A stretch of DNA of 11,004 nt from the NCBI GenBank assembly GCA_029974275.1, contig JARKSN010000041.1:1-11004 (forward strand). The letters are read 5' to 3'. The first letter of the stretch is position 1; every line of letters begins with the position of its first letter. Made by a program: the position numbers and the translations under genes. This DNA comes from Candidatus Hydrogenedentota bacterium. GTDB taxonomy: Bacteria > Hydrogenedentota > Hydrogenedentia > Hydrogenedentales > SLHB01. Shown in pieces: positions 7,390 to 11,004 of this stretch. A model generated the notes under the pieces. That model searched no databases. It worked only from the letters and a program-made list of their open reading frames with translations, and had not been told where the DNA came from.

Positions 7390-8179
7390 TTTCGGCAGGC
7401 GAGTCATTGACAGCCTCCTCCCTCCAGGCCGATTCTGGACACCTGCACCCGGGAGCGATTACGACAAGCTCCTCGACGGGATGGCCGCAAACAGCGACGC
7501 GGTGAAAGCCGACATTGACAAGCTCGCACACATCCGCAATCCCTACAGGACGCCGGTGCTGTCCGACCTCGAAAAAGAGTATGGCGTGATCCCGGCGCCG
7601 CATGCCACCGATGCAGAGCGCCGCGACAGGCTCGCTGTGTTCATGAGGAAGCGCAAAGCGACCGGAGCCTGGGATGAGATGCAGGCGAAGTTACAGCAGT
7701 CGGGGTTTGATGTGTACGTCCATCCCAACGACCCCGCGGTCGATCCGAATATATTTCTGACACAGGCCTTTCAGATGGTGGCGGGCGGGAGTAACGCATA
7801 CTGTGGCGGGGTTGACGCGTTCTGCGCCCAAATCGGCGGGGAATTGCTGGTCAATGGCGATCTCTACGAGAGCCGGCCCAACTACGTCAACCGGTGCGAT
7901 GTGGCGGGCGTCTGCTGCGGGGCTGATGTGTACGCGGGCGAGTTCGACGGCTACAAATCCGCGCTTGTGGATGTGACCTACGCAATCCCGACCGATCCAG
8001 GCTATTGGCCGCTCATATTCTTCGTCGGCGGTGCAGCGACGCGCGACGCAACCACAGGCGCATTGACCGCGATTGCATCGGCATCGATTCCGAACGAGCG
8101 CCGCTTAGAGTTTCGGCGGATCATCCTCAAATTCAAGCCCATGCATGCATGGGGCGGACTGATTGTAATTTACGACTGA
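7382..8179 (+). CDS. Mu gp48 / YmfQ (DUF2313)-like baseplate wedge protein, 265 aa
   Basis: N-terminal LLPPGRFW, P..T..LSDLEKEYG, ERRDRL and C-terminal ILKFKPMHAW. Confidence 0.88.
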   Translation: MRSFGRRVIDSLLPPGRFWTPAPGSDYDKLLDGMAANSDAVKADIDKLAHIRNPYRTPVLSDLEKEYGVIPAPHATDAERRDRLAVFMRKRKATGAWDEMQAKLQQSGFDVYVHPNDPAVDPNIFLTQAFQMVAGGSNAYCGGVDAFCAQIGGELLVNGDLYESRPNYVNRCDVAGVCCGADVYAGEFDGYKSALVDVTYAIPTDPGYWPLIFFVGGAATRDATTGALTAIASASIPNERRLEFRRIILKFKPMHAWGGLIVIYD

Positions 8180-8194
8180 CACGGAGGCAGAACC

Positions 8195-8968
8195 ATGATA
8201 GATTATGCATCGACGTTTATCAACACCTCGGGAGCGTTCCCGGACATTCTCGCAATCAACGAGACCGCACCGGGAGCGGCGGACGGAACCGAGTTTGTGG
8301 CCGCGCTCGTCAATGACATTTGGGGCCGCGCTCAGGCGCTCATGGATTATGCGGGACTCAGCCCCGACGGCGTTACCGAGGCACCGGATACCGCGCAGAT
8401 ACTCGAGGCGCTGTGCAAAGGGTTTGGTATCGGCCCCGGCATGGGCGTGATTTATTGGAAAAACGGAGCGCCCGCGACCAATGGCGACCGTGTGCTCCTC
8501 CTGCAGGGGCAGGTGATCGCAATCGCATCCTATCCGCTCCTCGCCGCCGCCTGCTATGTCGGGGACGCGCTCAACCCCACCGCCCCCGCATTTTACAAAA
8601 CCAGTGACGCGGGCGGAAACACACGCTCGACAACGGGCGCGTACATGGTACTCCCCGACACGCGCGGACTGAGCCTCAAGGGCGTCGGTAACGCGACGGT
8701 CAACACGCGGACAAAAACCGGTCCGGCCGCGTTGGGGGAGGTCCAGGAGGATCAGGGGCAGGGGCATCGACACAATCCACTTTCAGGCTCTGACGGGTTT
8801 ATGACTAATGTTGGTGCGGGAGGTACAGGCGTTATTACTGGAGGTGTGTTTGCCCGCATTGATGCCACGACGAATGATCCCGTAACCGACGGCGTCAACG
8901 GCACCCCCCGCACCGGCGCAAATACCCGCGACTCGTCGATGGGGACAAATTTCGGGATTACATACTGA
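8195..8968 (+). CDS. Short tail fibre with tail-collar-like domain, 257 aa
   Basis: N-terminal baseplate-anchor pattern (DGT..ALVND..QALMDYAGLSPDG..QILEAL), collar motif (LQGQVIAIASYPLL..LPDTRG), GEVQEDQGQGHRH (HxH) and TDGVNGTPRTGANTR. SD GGAGG at 8183-8187. Confidence 0.85.
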   Translation: MIDYASTFINTSGAFPDILAINETAPGAADGTEFVAALVNDIWGRAQALMDYAGLSPDGVTEAPDTAQILEALCKGFGIGPGMGVIYWKNGAPATNGDRVLLLQGQVIAIASYPLLAAACYVGDALNPTAPAFYKTSDAGGNTRSTTGAYMVLPDTRGLSLKGVGNATVNTRTKTGPAALGEVQEDQGQGHRHNPLSGSDGFMTNVGAGGTGVITGGVFARIDATTNDPVTDGVNGTPRTGANTRDSSMGTNFGITY

Positions 8969-8977
8969 GGTCAAACG

Positions 8978-9790
8978 ATGAAAACAAAAATCACGCAATC
9001 AATCGACGGATATGACATCATCATCGGCATCGGGCAGGCGCATGTTGACCCGGTTGCATCGGCTCCGATAGTCGCGGAGGCACTCGCCAAGACCGACACG
9101 TGCAAAGCCATCGACGCCTACAAGCAGGAGATATCAACCCTTGCCAACGCGGCGATGCAGGCTCGGAACTCGGCGCGATCGGCGACCAAGGCGAGCGACA
9201 GGAACGCCTATACCCGCGAGTATCAATCGCGCATGGAGGAGATCAAAGAGGTTGAGGCCAAGCTGCTCCCCCTTGCCAATGAACTGGTCGCGCTCAGAAA
9301 ATCGCTCTATGAGTCCGATCTTGTGGTGTACATGCAGCCGAAACCGGGCGAGACCGTTATCACCGACGCTGAAGCGGAGACCATCACCGAGGCAATGATC
9401 GCAGCGACACAGGCGGGGGAACTTGTCGACAAAGACCTGAAGCGAGTCCCCGACAATCGCGGGCGGGTGTACTGGGTCGAATCATCGGGAACGTGGACGC
9501 GGCAGGACGTCACCAGGCTCGGAGTCGCGCCGAAATCCGGGGCAATCGTCGACGCCGATCTGACCGACAAGCAGCGGCAGGCGATCGCGGCACAGATCGA
9601 GACCGAGCGTGTGAAGGCGCTCTCGAAACAGGCGAAAGCGACCGAGAAAGAATCCGCCCTTGCCGCGCTGGTCACGCAGGCAGCTCAGAAAAAAGCCGAG
9701 CTTGAGATCACCGGGGCCACCGACGCGCTCAAGCAGGCGCAGGCATGGTACCAGGAGCAGGCGCAGGCGGTGGAGGTGAAATATGGGTGA
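8978..9790 (+). CDS. Tail fibre assembly chaperone (Tfa)-like protein with coiled-coil segments, 270 aa
   Basis: Directly follows the fibre, with SD GAGG. VPDNRGRVYW..VTRLGVAP resembles the PDHRG..Y..I..LG..P motif of Tfa proteins. It has long Ala/Glu/Lys/Gln helical stretches. Confidence 0.6.
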   Translation: MKTKITQSIDGYDIIIGIGQAHVDPVASAPIVAEALAKTDTCKAIDAYKQEISTLANAAMQARNSARSATKASDRNAYTREYQSRMEEIKEVEAKLLPLANELVALRKSLYESDLVVYMQPKPGETVITDAEAETITEAMIAATQAGELVDKDLKRVPDNRGRVYWVESSGTWTRQDVTRLGVAPKSGAIVDADLTDKQRQAIAAQIETERVKALSKQAKATEKESALAALVTQAAQKKAELEITGATDALKQAQAWYQEQAQAVEVKYG

Positions 9791-10933
9791 TTATTGCCAC
9801 CCCGCGATCCAGTCTGCCGCCGGGCCGAGGACGGTTGTTTGTTTGTGCAATAAATCAACCTTGTACATCTGCCCATCGGTGAAATTAAAAAATAATGTTT
9901 CCGAGACGATGACCGGTTTCAGTACCGCCGCCATTGCAAGTCCCGTCGAGCGGTAGCCGTCGCCCGTGTATATCCGGATGTGCGCGGTCAATGCGTTCGT
10001 GCTCGGGACGTAGCGGAACACCCAGCCGCTGTTGCACTCGATCCAGTACAGGCACGGCTCCTCGTTTTCAACCCTCACCCCGGCACTGATAACCACAGCC
10101 CCTTCCGGGAGCGTGATCGGGTATGTTGCTATCTGCCGCCAGCACGTCAGGGCCGACCCGTTCTCGGTAAGGGTGGCACCGTCCCACGTGTACCCGTTCT
10201 GACTGTACCAGACCGATCCTGACTTGAGCCAGAAATTCGCGCTGTTAAAATAATTCGTCGACCATGACACCGCCACGCCGTCTATCTTTGCTGTGTGGGT
10301 ATCGTGATCGAAATCATGCACCACGAACCCGTCACGGATGGCGATCCTGAAGGATGACAGTGCGCCGTTGATGTTGCGCCAACCTCCACTCACCCCGTAT
10401 GCCATGAGGTTTGAACCGGCAAGGAGAAATTCCGAGGTCTGGAACTCCCGCGTCATCCAGTCACCGTATTCGGTCGCGTTGTAATATATGCGCGTGTGCG
10501 CCCGTGGGGTTGCGCCCAAATCGGCGGACTCGACCGCAGTCATATTGTAGGCAAGCCATATATTGTCACCATCTGCCGCCGCGAAGTCGGGAACGCTGAG
10601 AATGTTCTTGCTTGACATCCGCCGACCCTGTTGGTCGAGCCTGTAGAGCGTGGTCCCGTGGCAGATCGAGCGATTCCCGGCATACACGGCATCCCCCGTT
10701 TTCCAGGATACGATTTTCTGGCTGTCGTAAAATCTGACCTCACCTTCCGCGTGAAAGCCGATCAGGATGATGCCGCACAAGGGATCGTTGTCGTCATCGG
10801 GGTCGACCGTTACGACCTCGGGGGCCGGCGTATTGCTCGTCACAATTACCTCGCCTTCCCCACCGCCACCGCCACCTCCGCAGGCGATGAAAAACCATGT
10901 ACATATAATCAGACCAGCCGCCGTTAGTCTCAT
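9791..10933 (-). CDS. Predicted lipoprotein, 380 aa, beta-rich with Gly7 linker (start revised from 10996 to 10933)
   Basis: The N-terminus MRLTAAGLIICTWFFIA-C-GGGGGGGEGE has a basic N-region, hydrophobic core and lipobox Cys. SD GGAGG lies 7 nt upstream (+ strand cctcc 10941-10945), and an upstream ORF overlaps it by ATGA. Confidence 0.8.
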   Translation of the reverse strand: MRLTAAGLIICTWFFIACGGGGGGGEGEVIVTSNTPAPEVVTVDPDDDNDPLCGIILIGFHAEGEVRFYDSQKIVSWKTGDAVYAGNRSICHGTTLYRLDQQGRRMSSKNILSVPDFAAADGDNIWLAYNMTAVESADLGATPRAHTRIYYNATEYGDWMTREFQTSEFLLAGSNLMAYGVSGGWRNINGALSSFRIAIRDGFVVHDFDHDTHTAKIDGVAVSWSTNYFNSANFWLKSGSVWYSQNGYTWDGATLTENGSALTCWRQIATYPITLPEGAVVISAGVRVENEEPCLYWIECNSGWVFRYVPSTNALTAHIRIYTGDGYRSTGLAMAAVLKPVIVSETLFFNFTDGQMYKVDLLHKQTTVLGPAADWIAGWQ

Positions 10934-11004
10934 CCCTGAACCTCCAAAAACTGTATTGAATTTATCACATCGCCCTGCTTCAAGTGCCGCCCGCACTCGG
11001 TTTT
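10930..11004 (-). CDS. 3' end of an upstream minus-strand ORF (truncated by the window)
   Basis: Open frame KTECGRHLKQGDVINSIQFLEVQG*, whose TGA overlaps the lipoprotein ATG (ATGA). Only 24 codons are visible. Confidence 0.45.
   Translation of the reverse strand, partial: KTECGRHLKQGDVINSIQFLEVQG

Larger units (their letters stand above)
1..11004. mobile_element. Mu-like contractile-tail phage/prophage tail and baseplate module (window lies inside the element)
   Basis: Gene order chaperone-TMP-gp43-gp44-gp45-gp46-gp47-gp48-fibre-Tfa matches the Mu-type tail module, with tight start/stop overlaps. No att site, integrase, transposase or capsid gene is in the window. Confidence 0.9.

Noticed and set aside
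305..9790. eCIS (Afp/PVC) or T6SS locus
   Set aside because: The gene set and order are Mu-type, with a long TMP and a frameshifted chaperone. No Afp15-like ATPase, VgrG or Tss components were recognised.
9822..9845. Possible terminator ggccg-agga-cggtt followed by gtttgttt
   Set aside because: The stem has only 3 Watson-Crick pairs plus G-U pairs, and the U-tract is interrupted.
139..9876. Numerous minus-strand and alternate-frame ORFs in the track (e.g. 636-1283, 1308-2423, 6742-7407, 8105-8773)
   Set aside because: They are shadow ORFs of GC-rich genes. They overlap well-supported + strand phage genes and show no recognisable motifs.
10855..10882. ccaccg-type repeat as a phase-variable SSR
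   Set aside because: It is an imperfect, in-frame run of Gly codons that encodes the lipoprotein tether.
10934..10996. Lipoprotein start at 10996 as given in the ORF track
   Set aside because: The SD, signal peptide and ATGA overlap all point to 10933.
8195..11004. Complete DGR or Mu G-segment-type invertible region
   Set aside because: I saw no reverse transcriptase, template repeat, invertase or inverted second fibre half in the window. The minus-strand gene is a lipoprotein, not an alternative fibre.

Overview
This window is the distal tail/baseplate module of a Mu-like contractile-tailed (myo)phage or prophage, transcribed on the + strand. The order is: 3' end of a non-tail ORF (possibly a glycosyltransferase), tail assembly chaperone with a -1 frameshift extension (slippery T TTT TTA), a short 549-aa tape measure protein, Mu gp43-like DNA circulation protein, gp44-like hub, gp45-like spike, gp46-, gp47 (baseplate J)- and gp48-like wedge proteins, a short tail-collar-type fibre and a Tfa-like protein. 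A minus-strand lipoprotein gene abuts the end of the operon with no gap. The most notable features are: two AT-rich CxxC..CxxC zinc-ribbon micro-ORFs, not called as such in the ORF track, coupled on either side of a spike that lacks the usual HxH apex; a 120-nt cassette of different codon usage at the fibre tip; a ~50-aa Arg-rich insert in the hub; and the convergent lipoprotein, a possible exclusion moron. All family assignments come from motif recognition and gene order, not database searches.
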